In this document: positions 25,990 to 39,388 of the stretch, piece by piece | How positions within the stretch are numbered: position 1 is the stretch's first letter | Layout: every line of letters starts with the position of its first letter | Assembly (NCBI GenBank): GCA_024704765.1 | Contig: JAKMXF010000039.1 | Location: forward strand, 1 to 63,515 | Direction of reading: 5' to 3' | DNA from: Oopsacas minuta | Taxonomy: Eukaryota > Animalia > Porifera | Length of the DNA: 63,515 nt | Translations under genes and position numbers: made by a program | The notes under the pieces: generated by a model | What the model saw: the letters and a program-made list of their open reading frames with translations, nothing else | The model's database searches: none | What the model was told of the DNA's origin: nothing

Positions 25990-26910
25990 ATGGCAGTTGC
26001 TCCATCGTTTCAACCTCTGCTGGTTCCTACAATATTTCCAGTTATTGAAGAAATTACCTTAAAACAACTTTTTCGTAATATCACTATTGATAAAGATACT
26101 TGTATAGCATGGCTCAAAAGTAACGGACTTTTAGCTACCGGGATGATGTGCAAATGCGGTAGAATTATGAGACCCGGAACATTTTCAGGTTTTGCAGATG
26201 GAAAGGGGTGGAGGTGCCCGGAAAAGTCATGCAAGAAATTCGCTTCGATGAGGATTGGCTCATTCTTTGAAGGTGCTCATATACCGTTAACTGAGTTGGT
26301 AGAATTTCTCTATTTCTGGGCCGATAATATGCAAACTACTGCCTTTTTACACAAGAATCTAGTGTGGGGAGAGCATACTATAACAGACTGGAAGAACTTC
26401 CTCAGAGACCTATGTGTTGAGGAATTTTTAGTCAATCCTCAACCAATTGGAGGGCCTGGGCATATTGTAGAAATAGATGAATCAAAGTTTGGACATCGAA
26501 AGTATTCAAGAGGTCGTATGCTATCAGGTCAATGGGTATTTGGAGGAATAGATAGAGAGACAAAAGATATCTTTATGATACCTGTTCAAGACAGGTCGGC
26601 TGCAACATTAGTCCCTCTCATCCAGAGATATATTCTTCCGGGCACTACCATACTTTCTGACGAATGGGCTTCGTATAATTCTATCCCCGCTGCAAGTTTT
26701 CAGCATCTCACCGTCAACCATAGTCTCAATTTTGTTGACCCTAATACAGGTGTACATACGCAAACAGTTGATAGTACATGGGGTGGTGCGAAGAAATGGC
26801 TGAGGAATTGCATGACTACTAACCCCATACCTTTAGATACTCACTTATCTGAAGTTTGTTGGCAGAATAATGTGGAGAAGCTAGTTTCTCCAACCTTATC
26901 ATGGAAATAA
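25990..26910 (+). CDS. Merlin/ISXO2-type DDE transposase (probably frameshifted near the C-terminus)
   Basis: N-terminal CxC...WRC..C finger, IVEIDESKFG.RKY.RGR...QWVFGGIDR, TTILSDEWASY, HLTVNHS.NFVDP.TGVHTQTVDSTW. Asp occupies the expected third catalytic Glu position. The expected C-terminus (FSNLIMEIRKQYPVV*) is in another frame, ending at 26933. Confidence 0.9.
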   Translation: MAVAPSFQPLLVPTIFPVIEEITLKQLFRNITIDKDTCIAWLKSNGLLATGMMCKCGRIMRPGTFSGFADGKGWRCPEKSCKKFASMRIGSFFEGAHIPLTELVEFLYFWADNMQTTAFLHKNLVWGEHTITDWKNFLRDLCVEEFLVNPQPIGGPGHIVEIDESKFGHRKYSRGRMLSGQWVFGGIDRETKDIFMIPVQDRSAATLVPLIQRYILPGTTILSDEWASYNSIPAASFQHLTVNHSLNFVDPNTGVHTQTVDSTWGGAKKWLRNCMTTNPIPLDTHLSEVCWQNNVEKLVSPTLSWK

Positions 26911-27780
26911 GGAAGCAATATCCAGTTGTCTAACTGTACCATACTTATGCTTTGGTGATTCTTTTGTAGCAGTACTTGTTATATTGTAGATTTGTAGTTA
27001 AAGTAGTGGATAGAAAGCTTAATACTAATTAGTTACTCCAAATATAACTACTACCCATAGTATTATATCCAGCCATGGGGTGTCATATATTTAATATTCT
27101 GTCTACTATCATAAGTAGAAATCCATGAAAACTTTGTTCCAACATTACTAACGCACCTGGAGAGAAGCTGGATCAATAACTATGCGATTAAATAGTACAT
27201 GAATTATTTCTAACATTGATACGAACACAAACGAACGATCAAAATTGGTTTGCCTTGACCGGAGTAATACAAATTAAACTACCATTTTAGGAAACAGAAT
27301 ATATGCAAATATATGTGTCATATCGGGAATTCCATTAACTAGGTCGAATTATCGAGGTGCCACTGTATAAAATATGAAATGAAATGTTGCATTGTATATT
27401 TAGTGTTGCAAAAGGAATTATGTAATAACCAGCTTTCCTTTAAAGTAACAAGAATTACCTGCAGTGAAATACACTGAATAGCAAACAAATGAGCATGAAA
27501 GAGTAGAGTAACAGGCGTGTATAACCGCAATATCAACAGTATGAGCATTCCTATGGTAATTGTAATGTATAAATGAATACAATTTGACTATAGTGAGTAA
27601 TACAATTTTCCCCATAGGATTTGGCTTAGGGAGTAAATTTTTCGTAACTTTGTCAATTTTAATCCGATTTTGGATTTCTTTAGCTCTATCAACTTCTCTC
27701 AACGAGTTCTTGAACGGTGCATATAGGGATTTTTGACCACATTAAAAAAGTTGGGGGGTGTAAGATTCTGCAATTGTACC

Positions 27781-28119
27781 GAAGAGTGGGCCAGCGTTAG
27801 AATGAAACTAAGCAAGAATGGCATTGGTTTTGCGTTTTGTACGATTTGCCAAGTTGATATTTGTATTTCTGGTGGTGGGAAACATGAAGTAGATCGTCAC
27901 CTAAAGACAGCGAAACATAAAAGTTTGTTAGGTCAAGTAGATGAACAACTTTCTATTTCTACTGCACTAGTGGCTGCAGCATCTTTGAGCCCCTTGAACA
28001 AACAAGTTATGTCAGCAGAAATATATTTCTCCTTATTTATCGCAGAACATAATTTGCCCTTCCTCGTCGCAGACCACTTCACTCATTTGACTAAAGTTAT
28101 GTTTCCTGTTAGCCACATT
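27781..28119 (+). repeat. Inverted copy (339 bp) of 23896-24234, ending at an N
   Basis: The translation EEWASVRMK...VMFPVSHI is identical to ORF 23371..24297, and the copy stops exactly at N28120. Confidence 0.9.
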
Positions 28120-28377
28120 NACTTGAAGATTTCTGTCTATTTGAATTGCAATCCTAAGATTCCGGTAATATTGTACATAGTAGGTTTGCCGATAAGATTA
28201 AGACACGAAAACTTAATTGATGATTGCAGTTACTATACCTGAAGACATAACATGACTCTCACTTGTAGTATTCCAAACATTTAGTATAATGACCACCTCT
28301 ATTAACTCTATTTAGAAGGTTTTCTAATAGACAAATAACTCTTTTAAGCCTACATAGTATATAAATAAAATTTTGAT

Positions 28378-28482
28378 GGGTCATGACCTATTAACGCATG
28401 ACCCATGACCCACTGACCCATCTTAAAAAAGTGACCCATCTGACCCATTGACCCATGGGTCAGTGACCCATTTGCAGCTCTG
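28378..28482 (+). repeat. hAT-like element end with tandem TGACCCA motifs
   Basis: About eight TGACCCA/TGGGTCA units followed by TTTGCAGCTCTG (a CAGAGCTGCAAA-type terminus). Confidence 0.6.
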
Positions 28483-30439
28483 AGGCTAGGTCTCTTTCAC
28501 TCTTTTCGATGCATACCTATCTATCAGGAAATGATGGTTGGACTCGCCCCTGATGAATTCCCATTTTATAATAACACATTTCTCATGTCTAGGCAGTTTA
28601 GCTCAAATTAGAAAGCTATATTTCGAGTTTGACATTATAAAATTATGGGGAAAGGTATGAAAACAACATAAATCACTTTCCACAAATAATTTATGTAAGG
28701 TAATATCGCCAATTGACTCCCCCAGGTTATGACTTTCTATTCAATAATAAAACTAAAATATTAATACACTTGATAATTCTAGAGATAATGTTTGACCCTA
28801 GTTTGAATACTTGACATTTTCCAATTTTGTTTCTTTTGTCCAGAATAAATTCCTGTGAAAAATCAAACAAATTTGTTTGTTATACTATGAAAATTACGTA
28901 CTGGGCCACTTACATAGCATATTCTAGTCAGGGTATACATTACTAATAAGTCTGCAGGGTTGCCAACTTTCCCCCTTTTGGTTTATTTACTCCCCCCTCT
29001 CCCGACCTCCCACCAAAAAATTTAAATTCCCACTGTTTTGGAATTATTTTCTATATTTAGATATGTGACATATATTTAGAAAATAATAATTTTTTGACTC
29101 TTATTACAGAATTTTTGATTTATTAAGCTAAATAAGACATCTCAAAGGAATTAGCTAAATTATGATGGCAACCTTTCGAATTTACTGAGTGTAAAGCTTA
29201 ATTATTTTGTGCCATGCTTTGATAATGAACTTAGTAAAAACTTTTGAAGATTTCCAATTCAGCGACATCCATTTACCACAAATAACACTAGTATGGAAAA
29301 CTAATTAATTATTAATCTAGCAATTTGGTTTTTGTTATATTATGTTCATACGAGGGTGAGGGAGAAATTTAAAAGGAAAACAATACATTAGGAGTATCAT
29401 AATCTTAGATATCCAAACATAATATATAATGGCATTTTATCGTTCTAATCAAGGATAAATGAATATAATAGTACATGCTTTGAGACCTCCGATTTTGGTC
29501 AACTCCTTCCAAAATTGTAAATACCTCGCGCTTTTTGGTTTTGAGATGTTGGCATCCCAGAGTCTGTAGATTTATTCACCTTACTTTCAATTATCTTAAG
29601 TCCTAAGTAAGTAGGTGACAATTAGTATATCCAAATTCTTAAGTGGTTATTTTACAATGGTTCATTATGGCATTTCTGCTCCTGTAGGGTGTATTCTCTA
29701 TAATTTATTCATTTTAGGATTCGATAAGACAGCTTTCAATTTACGCACTCGAATCAATGTTTATAGTTGAATATAACCGGTATCTTTCATCTTCTGAATT
29801 CTTTGATAACTTAATTTTTGGACTATTCAGCTACCTTACGAGTCACGAATTATCGATTATTATGAAATCAGCAAAGCAATTATGAGTAGTTATATGGTCG
29901 GAGTGGAGTATTCGTACCCAGATAATTGAGGTAATCACAAGATATGAGATGTAAAATGATCAATCTGAAATCAGATTCAAGGAAAAAGGCAACTGAACTC
30001 TTGGTATCCGATGGCCCACAATTTTTATGGCGTTTTTGAACTGTACTCACTGTTTTAGTTCTCATTATTATTTTTCTCTAAATATCATGTATCCATATTT
30101 ATAAACAATTTAAATTTTGCTTCCATATTGATCCTGTACAGTTATTGACTCCTGGGGCTGTAGGCGAATCCTCATTATCTAAGATCCGGGTATCGAATTC
30201 CTGAACACAGAATACCCGAGTATAAGCGGGTACCCGGGTATTTGAATTACAGTTAGATTACACGCTTATTTTCCTACCAAAAGAACAATAAGTCAAATAT
30301 TTTTAGAATCGCATTTATCATGTTCTCTACCCTTTATACCACAATATATGTTAGTCAATCATACTAAATAGCAATATGATTTAATACAATCGATAACCAA
30401 AGACTTATCGCATTATCTTGTTATCTACTAGTAGTAATT

Positions 30440-32330
30440 ATTCTGCCAGTCCACTATTTTTTAGTATTCCTCAAATCACCTTCCAGAAAGAATAATGCAT
30501 CCAAGGAGGAGTCACTTAAACAAGATCTTAACTTTGTGTTAAAAGTGCCTGCTGCCGAAAATACTCTGTCAGCTTCTACACTGATAGGAGGGATTGTTCG
30601 AGCAACTGTAAATTCAAGGATTTACTACCAGTGACCTCAAAAGGGCTGAATTCTTTAGCCAGAAAATGAAAGTCATCTTAAAGAATTTTGTTTGTACTTG
30701 TGATTGTGGATTTGCTAATAGATTCTCTTAGTTAATCGAGCATTAGATGTTTAGAAGGAACAAGATTCAAATTTGATAATTCAGCGGTGTTATTAATTTG
30801 TGTTGTGTTAGCCTCAATAATATCATTAGTCTCCACTTGAATTGGGTATAGACGTTTAAGTATACCTTTAGCAGTCTTTAGCAGGTCGGATTACTTTATA
30901 GAATTATTGATAGATGCTGGATTAATGAGATATTCATTAATGCAACTATTTCAATTCATCTTCTGTCATCCATACGTTCCTTTAGGGTTTGAAATATATC
31001 AAGTGCCAGTTGTGATCCAATATTATCTATTTGTGAATACATGAAATTATATAATCCTTCTGCCGTTAATAGATTAGAATCTCGGCTACATAATGAAGCA
31101 ACTTCGATTTCTACAGGCTTCAGACATTCGTGGGTATCATCAAATATTTCCCATTCATATTCATAGATGACAATGCTGCATGCTACATCAATTAGTGCTT
31201 TACTTAATGGTTTTTCAGTTCCAAAAAAGCGCTCAATCGTAGTGCGTAAACTGCTTGATCTAGTTTTGCAATCAAGGATTAATTTCAATTCCTTTCCGTT
31301 TCGAATTTCCTTAACATAACCTTGGAGGATATCTTTTTGTTGGAGATTTTCTAAACAACCTTGCAATTATTCTGACTATTTATTACAAGGTTCAAATGAT
31401 ACTTTAGAATCGGGAATAAGATTTCTACATCATATAGGTCACAAATTTCATTATCATCATGAAGCATGTGATCGTGAAGTTCTTCATTAAATTCAGGGAT
31501 GAATTTCCGAGTATATCAACATTATCTTTAGTATTGGGATCATAGAGGACATCACAAACTGCAGGATTGATGGCATGAACAAAGCACATTTGGTGAATTG
31601 GTTTACAAAGTTTCCCATTTTGGCCATAACTGAGGCACCAGTTATCACTGCTACAAAGTGTTCATTTAGGTGAATATCGAATTCCTCAAGTTTAGATTCA
31701 AGAATTCCTTTTGCACTTTCAGCTAGAATGGCGTTTAATATTCTAGCAAGTCCAAGGATCCAAACTTGGAGTTTAAGATGGAGATTGACATTCATGCACC
31801 GTCTGTTGCAATTTAAGTGTATTCATCAAGAGTTATACTAAATCGAGCATTGTTCTCGAGTATTTCGGCCAATTCTTGCTAATAGAAGATTTCACTTATA
31901 AACTTAACTCTATAACTTTTATTGATATAGTAGAATGGCTCTTCGGTGACATAAAACCCTTTTGCTGATAAGGAGGACCTGATAAACCTACTCTGGGAAA
32001 TTCTTAAATAACTAAATCCTTCTTCTGCAGCTAATCGGGATAATATTTCACCTAGAGATTGCTGATTAGTGTAATCAAGTAGAGAAACTTGCTTATCATC
32101 CACTTTGATCCTCATACTTGAAAATGTGTCCCCCTTATCTTCTTGAGCATCATCGAGGTTGATGTTGAGTACAGAAAATATATATTTTTTAAAAGCACTT
32201 GTACTTCCACCACTACAGCTGAGAATATTACATGAAATGCATAGGGAACATTTTGCTTTTTCGTCATATCTCACTAAATGCATCGAAACAAATGATTCAG
32301 ATTTAGTCATTGCCATTTATCTTTCAACTT
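30440..32330 (-). pseudogene. hAT (ZBED4-like) transposase remnant
   Basis: AKCSLCISCNILSCSGGSTS (BED), LILDCKTRSSSL..TIERF, ECLKPVEI...LCSRDSNLLTAEG. Reverse complement near 30560-30610 reads SIPPISVEADRVFSAAG (dimerisation motif). Confidence 0.8.
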
Positions 32331-32404
32331 GATTATCAGTATTGTGTTAATTTTGAATAGGACTAAAAATTAATTTAGTATTCATAATCTATTTATTATA
32401 AATT

Positions 32405-32545
32405 CAGACTTACCAACCCTTCGTTGATAATTCCCTGGATTGAAATCTTAAAATCCCTGGATTTTTAACAATTTCCCTGGATTTACGGGCCCAATAATTG
32501 AATATATAAAATACACTTTATATTCTCCCATTTAGAATAATTCTA
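32405..32545. repeat. hAT terminus copy ending at N
   Basis: CAGACTTACCAACCCTTCGTTGATAATTCCCTGG... matches 21970-22097 and 40497-40648. Confidence 0.9.
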
Positions 32546-32945
32546 NCGGCTGATCAAGAGGTTCCGTCATTGTAAGTTATAATTTCAAAGATATATTGTG
32601 ATGATTGTAATGAGAAAACGAATCTGGGTTAGAACTAGATCATTTTCTATTTATGTCCGAGGATTGCAAATATCACACGTGACCACACCCTGTTTGCTAC
32701 ATTCCTCTTTACCAAATATAGCTCTAAGAGTATTTACTTCGTGTGTGTTTACTTAATACTCACTATAACAATCTTTAGAATTCATATCATTAAATGGATT
32801 CATGGAATCATGTCATCTAAAATTAGAATTATCTATCCAATTAAGACTTTCCGTGTGCAGAAATAATTCTTAGAAAATTGATTATTAACGTGTACTTAGA
32901 TTAAATTAATTAACTAATATCATATTAAATTGACCAATTAAATTA

Positions 32946-33021
32946 GGTGCGAATTGTCGGTGGTGCGAATTGTCGGTGGTGCGAATTGTCCGGTGCGAAT
33001 TGTCGTGGTGCGAATTGTCGG
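32946..33021. repeat. Tandem array of GGTGCGAATTGTC units (5 copies)
   Basis: Directly visible, with 14-16 bp period. Confidence 0.85.
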
Positions 33022-34520
33022 TATCCGAGTGCTATATAATCTATACCAATAAAAGAAAGTATTCCGTGTATGTATGTGTATATACATGGTACTATGTCCA
33101 GGATTGATGAAAAAAACTGGAAGGCCCCCAAGGAATGATTTTGGCATGGCTCCGACAAGTTTGAGTCTTGGGTGAAAATTCAAACCTATTACGAAATTAT
33201 GAGATAATTGTCAACTTTAGGGAATTTCGAAAAATCACATTCCTAGCCACTGCACAGAATAAAACATGATGGAAGTTTGAAATTTGAATTACAGTTACCC
33301 CACAATGGGGCAAATGTACTGACATCACAACTTTGAACAACTACAAACTCATCATAGGATTATTACGTCATAATGACTGTACAAATAAACCAATCCCCAC
33401 TTTTCGATATTTTGAGGATTCCATAATTTTTGAGACATGAAGTGCCAAGATTAATAACCTAAAGATACTTAAGAGGTCCTTTATTACCACAGAAGGCCAT
33501 TAAAGTGAAATTGGATAGCCCATGGATAATACACCAAAAATTTCCCCCGAGGCACTTAGTGCTGAGTACATCCCGTTGCTTATTGACCAATGGATGAAGA
33601 AATGTAGCTGTTGAATACTTAAGCTAACCTGAAGCCCCTAACCTGTCGCGAAGCGACCTAGGAAGCGCTAGTGAAGATTATTCATAAAGTTTTACAAAAA
33701 TATAACCAATACAATAATAGAAGTCTACAAAGTGTAGAATCTTTCTCTTTCAATATGGGTGAATGTTGGTGCTTTTGCCTTCTTAATTTATTGCTAGAAG
33801 CCAGGTACATTAAATAACTACCGTCCTGGTTTCACTATCCATCTGCGGTCCCTCTAAAAATGCTTCGCGTCCACTAAGGACCGCGCACCACAGTTTGAGA
33901 ACTCCTGGTTAAGAGTGTGAAATTCTTAGGGTAGATGATCATCGAATTAATCCATGTAGTTTCTAATCTTTTTGACCAATAAAATTGATCTCGAAATCTG
34001 GAATTTTGATCATTTCAGAAATCAAAGAGGGCAAGAAAATAGAGGCAAAAGAACAAGAAATGCATCAGAAACTGAACATTTGTATATGATTAAGGTAGCA
34101 AAATACGATGCATAAAAACAATAGTTTTGGATTTAAATTGAATTAGGGAGAAACAAGTAATGCAAGTAGGAAAAAATGCCAGGCGGGAAAATACCTGATT
34201 TGAGTGTACTATTAATTTCAAACTTAAGCTTTTCGATCTTTGTTTATTCGTAGAAGGACAATGACCAAATGTTATAGATCTAACAGAGTCCATTCATAGA
34301 GTGAAAATTGTGATACATTGCAGGGTCGTAGCCATGAAAAAACAAGTGATCCTGTTAGATACAGGAAAACAAGTTCATGTGGTCAGGTAAAGATCTATAT
34401 TATAGGGGTGTCGGAAATGCCGCGATTGCCGCTGCAATAATTTCCAAAATTGTATTATCTTGCAATTGTTAAATGTTTGTAACTTGTGAAAGATTCTTGT
34501 AGAGAAGGAATATGGATATA

Positions 34521-36525
34521 TAATGGAACCCACTTAACGGCCAACCCAGAATAGGAGCCAACTCGATTTACCGGCCACTTTTTAAAGTCCCGTTTAATAT
34601 ACTACAGACATTAATATTAATTTATTTCAGAATTCCGACCACTCCGCTATTCCGAATTATGGCCATACTTTTAGAACGAAACCCTATTTTAACCTCAAAA
34701 TTACGACCAATCTTAACAATAGGAATCACTATTGGATGTTTGAAAACGAGAACAATTTCTTGACAATTCAATAAGAATACATTGGATTATATACATATAA
34801 ATGCAAAGCAGATTAATGAGACAGTAATTCATACGTTATTAATGGCATCGAGCAAACGTAATGAGTTGGATCCCAAACAAAAAAGTGGAGTTAATTCATA
34901 ATTCTTCTGGACAATGGCATCGGCAATTGGCAATAAGATTCAATATAGGAAAACCCAAGTATCTTCCATACTTAAACGAAAAACAGAGTATTTGACCGCT
35001 TATGAGGAAAATCAAAGAGGAGACAGAAAGCGGCATTGCTATTCCAACGAATTTAATGTACTAGATACTGCTATGTGGGATTAGTTTCAATCTGCTCGTT
35101 CAAAAAACATACCCGTCTCCGGGCCCTTGATTCAAGAAAAGCTTTAGAATTCTCAGCAACTTTAAAGATTGGCGAATTTAAAGCTTTAAAGGGCTGGCTA
35201 AATCGTTTTAATAAACGTCATAATTTAGTGTGAAAAATAAGTGAAGAACGGAGATCAGTAGTGATACTACAGTGATAGAATGGAAGGAGAGATTGCCATC
35301 ATTAATTACAGGTTGTCAATTGCAAGATATATTCAACATAGACGAGACGGGCATATTAATCCGTACCCATCCAGACAAGACTATGCATGAGCGGGCTAAA
35401 AGATGTGCTGGAGGAAAATGCTCGAAAGATCGAGTGACTTGCTTACTTTGCGTTAATGCGTTGGGAGACTTTGAGCAGACATTAATTATTAGACATCTCT
35501 AAATCCCAGATGTTTTCAGTACATTCCATCTTTCATTTTCCCGTAACATATCGTGTAAATAAGAAAGCTTGGATGACTAGCGCACTGTACAATGAGTGGT
35601 TAAATGCTTTTAACGCCAAAATGCGTAATCAAAATCGGTATAACCTAGTGATTTTAGATAATGGATCATGTCACCAAGAGGAGCTTCTTTCACCAACATA
35701 AAATGAATATTCTTACCAGCAAATATCACTTTTGTTTTACAGCCATTCGATCAAGGTATTATCCAGTGTATGTAATTGCATTATAGAAAACGTCTTCCCC
35801 GTTGTGTGCTAAACGAGATCAATAATGGTTGTGGGACTGGAACAGTAGGGAAAAGCATTAACATCCTAGATGCTTGCCACTGGATAGCAGCTGCAGTAAA
35901 GGAAATACGTCCTAGTACAGTACAGAAATGTTTTCAAAATGTGGAATAAATTTGAATTTAGAAGATGATGCAGCAAATAACGAAGATGAAGAAATGCTAA
36001 CACTAACGAAATTGCTCAAGATTTACTCAGAGCAAAACATTTGTGATAATGTTATTGTTGATCCTCAATCATATGTCAACATGGATAGTGAAATTCAAGT
36101 TGATGACAATTTAGAATGAGAAAGGGAATCGTATATTCTAGAAAACTTCCAAGAAAATGAAACATAGGAATATCTCTCTGACGAAGGTGAACCAATTGAG
36201 CACCCAGAAACCGGATAATTTGCTTTCAGCGATGCTTTATCCTGGTTCACGAATCTCAAAGTATTCTTGAAAGATAAGTCAATGAGTGATTACCTTACTA
36301 TGATTCCTCTTTAGAAGATAGAGTTAACGAAAAGGCCATTTCGGAACGTTTTTAGAGAGCAACAATCAAAGTTAGATGCATATTTTAACTAATAATTATG
36401 TAATAGCATGTTATAAATATTATAGTATGGTAAATATTAATAGAATATAGTTTCTTTCAAAAGGTTTTACAATTACGGCCATTTTTCTCGGTCCTGAGGG
36501 TGACCGTATTTCCGGGGTTCTACTC
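34521..36525 (+). mobile_element. Tigger/pogo-like element, degenerate
   Basis: Termini TAATGGAACCCAC... and ...GGGGTTCTACTC|TA. CENP-B-like HTH fragments, DIFNIDETG, SKDRVTCLLCVNA, KKAWMTSALYNEWL..FN, LVILDNGSCH. Confidence 0.85.
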
Positions 36526-38498
36526 TATATGATATCATAAACAGAATTGATAAATCCTTTGAGTGACAACTGGGACGGTCAAATTCTAAAAGTCTTTGTA
36601 TAGAAAATTTGAATATTATCTGAAGAATCACAATAATTAAATTACGTCACCAAATAAAGAGAGGTTAATGTGATCATTTTTATAACACAGTGGGAAGTGA
36701 TGGAAACCTCTCAATATTTTGAGAACACAGAAATATCCCCTAGAGCGAGAATCTTGATATGTTAGAAGCATACCTTATCTATACTACGCAGTCATGCTAT
36801 ATTTCATAAAAGTAAACCTGTACCAAGTTCAACCCAAGGGCTTTCTCATAACATTGTGCCAAATCAGACTGAAAATGAATCTACCATGCTCAATGATGTA
36901 TAATCTACTTAATGAGCACCTCCAAGTCGATTAAACTTTTCACGACGCCACCGCCAGAAACCACACTGGAATTTCTTCCAATCATCTACTTGGGACGTCA
37001 TCGCGAGAAATCACACCAGAATCTTGCTAAACATACATGTAGACTCGAGAAACCCACATGAAATGTATTATCAGTTCATGATAAATGCTTTCTAAGAAAC
37101 CTATTTAATAACGTATACAATTCAAATGGCTTCACATTTTATCATTATGACGTCACTGCCACAAATCATAGTGACTATCAAGTTCAACTTCAAATTAGAT
37201 TCGAGATACACTCATATAATATTGTGAATTGTAAATTTATCCGAAATGCTCCCGAAATCGTAGAAGCAGGGTTATGAGAAACATAGGGTGCATGTTTTTT
37301 GAATACATAATAGTAACTAAATTTCACAACACATTTCCAGCATTCTGATAATAGTAATCATCTTGTTGCTTTGTGACCCTTTGGATTCCAAAGGGAAACT
37401 GTTGGAATACGCAAGTGGGAATAGGATGGGAAAGGGAATTGAAATTCAGTTCCTAGGGGAACCGTGGTGTGTACTGTGGAATGACACGCTGATCCTTCTA
37501 TAATTCTCCAAATGAACACGATTCAAAATTCATTAAAATTATCAAACTTGAGGAATTCACAAATCTGTATTCAGTTCTTCATGGAATTCAAATATTCGAG
37601 GCGATATTAAGATAACCTTGCTTCAATAAACGATTAAATTCTAGTTAGTCAGTATAATTGGGTTACAATATAATGGTAAATTCACCTTAGGGAAATATAT
37701 GCACAAAATATAATATCTACGCTCTCCAATCAGCAAACATCGATGATCCAGAATGGAATGAAAAATGAAAGACGAATGGTCCTAAAGCAACAACACTTAT
37801 TTATCAGAATGCTGAATGAGTGTTGTGAAAATTTAGTTACAATAAATGTAACAAAAACATCACCCTATGCCACTCATAACCCTACCTCTACGATCACCGA
37901 TAGCAATTCGGATCAATATAACATTCACTGGTAAAAAGGTTACGAGTATACCTCGAATCTACTATAAGTTGAACTAGATATTCAAATGTGATTTCAGGCG
38001 ATGATATGATAATGACGAAATGTGTAGCCATATTAATGATATAAGTTATCAAATATGTTCCTTAGGGTCGATTTAGCATACACTGATAAAGATTGAATGT
38101 GCATACATGGTGTCTAGATATAGGTTCAACCAGATATTCAAGGGTTATTTCTCGTGGTGACATCATGATAACAAAATGTGGAGCAATATGAATGAAGTTA
38201 TCAAATATGTTCCTTAATCCGATTTACTATACACTGATAATACACTGTATACTTCCCAGTGTTCTCGCGAGGCCTTTTGGGGGGGCGCAGCCACCCCTTA
38301 TTGTGATTATGCACCCCCCTATCGTGTCTAAATAGACATAGTGTACCCCTCTATCGTGGATAAACAATGTTATATATTCACCCAAAAAACGGGCCATCAT
38401 CTTTTTTTCCTTAAGGGTGTATTTTTACGCGTATTGTGCACAGAGTGTGTACGGCGCACCCCCCCTATTACATAATCCTGACGAGAACACTGATATTC

Positions 38499-38685
38499 CA
38501 GTGGTGTAGACAGGGTGGCGCAATTGGCGCTTTTGGGCCACCTCTAGTTTCTTTGCGCCAGGTAATGCACACTTGTTTTATGTTGCTCCAGGTAATGTCC
38601 CACAAGTGCTCCGATTTTGCGCCACTTATACCAATCAATGCGCCACCTATGCGCCAACACTAAGTCAATGCTAGCTACGCCACTG
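38499..38685. mobile_element. MITE with CAGTGGTGTAG / CTACGCCACTG termini
   Basis: Terminal inverted repeat and internal TGGCGCA/TGCGCCA motifs. No convincing TSD. Confidence 0.6.
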
Positions 38686-39388
38686 TGTACGTCTATCTCG
38701 AGAGTAAGTTGCTGATTATCTCGATTTTCAATTTGATCTCTTTTAGGGTCACTAACGGAATTGTGCATAACTCAAAAGGAAATTCTGTGGCGTAATTAAA
38801 ATTTCCCATAAAAAGAACTACTTAAAAGGAAAATGTACAACAACAAAAATTTACTACAACCAAAATGTTTTATTTGATAACATTCATTGTCCAATGATGA
38901 GACATAGAATTAATTAAGAAAAGTTCATTCCTCGCTAAGATATCAATACTAGAATTATGAATGACTTTGTTGAGCCAAGTTATGTTAGTTTGGAATGTAT
39001 CATATTAACATAAAGTACGTATGCTGTGTAACTATACCACATTTTCAATTATGCGATGTCCAGTTCATTGCCCAGTTATTTAATCATTACTGTCCAGGAA
39101 TGTCCAATATGTTTCTGAAATAATGGAAAATCTTCGATGAGCGCAAAGAATAAGAATTTTCACCTTGAAAATTTAATGGTGAATAGAAAAATGAACTATT
39201 CTTCTTTAACTGTGCATCTTGGGGGGCCAAAAACAAATTTCTACTGCATTGGTTTTGTACATTATGAGGTGAATTCCTGTCCCGATGAAGGCGCCTGAGA
39301 TGTGGCTATGTAAAAAAGCAACATGCCGGCGCCCTGTGGATTACTATGTAAGAAAGCAAAACAAATTTTAAAAATATATTTTTCTGAC

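Larger units (their letters stand above)
24235..27780 (+). mobile_element. Merlin (IS1016/ISXO2-related) element with ~410 bp TIRs
   Basis: Inverted repeats 24235-24643 and ~27371-27780 beginning GGTACAATTGCAG, nearly identical. Contains the Merlin transposase ORF. Confidence 0.88.

Noticed and set aside
24688-26946. GTACCATACTT recurring at 16369, 24688 and 26936 as a targeting motif
   Set aside because: The 24688 hit is the TIR of an unrelated MITE; the one remaining extra match is insufficient.
24312-27702. Duplicated 94-aa ORFs (24312..24596 and 27418..27702)
   Set aside because: They are chance frames inside the two Merlin TIRs.
32946-33021. CRISPR-like repeat array
   Set aside because: Units are nearly adjacent with 1-3 nt spacers, the context is eukaryotic, and there are no cas genes.
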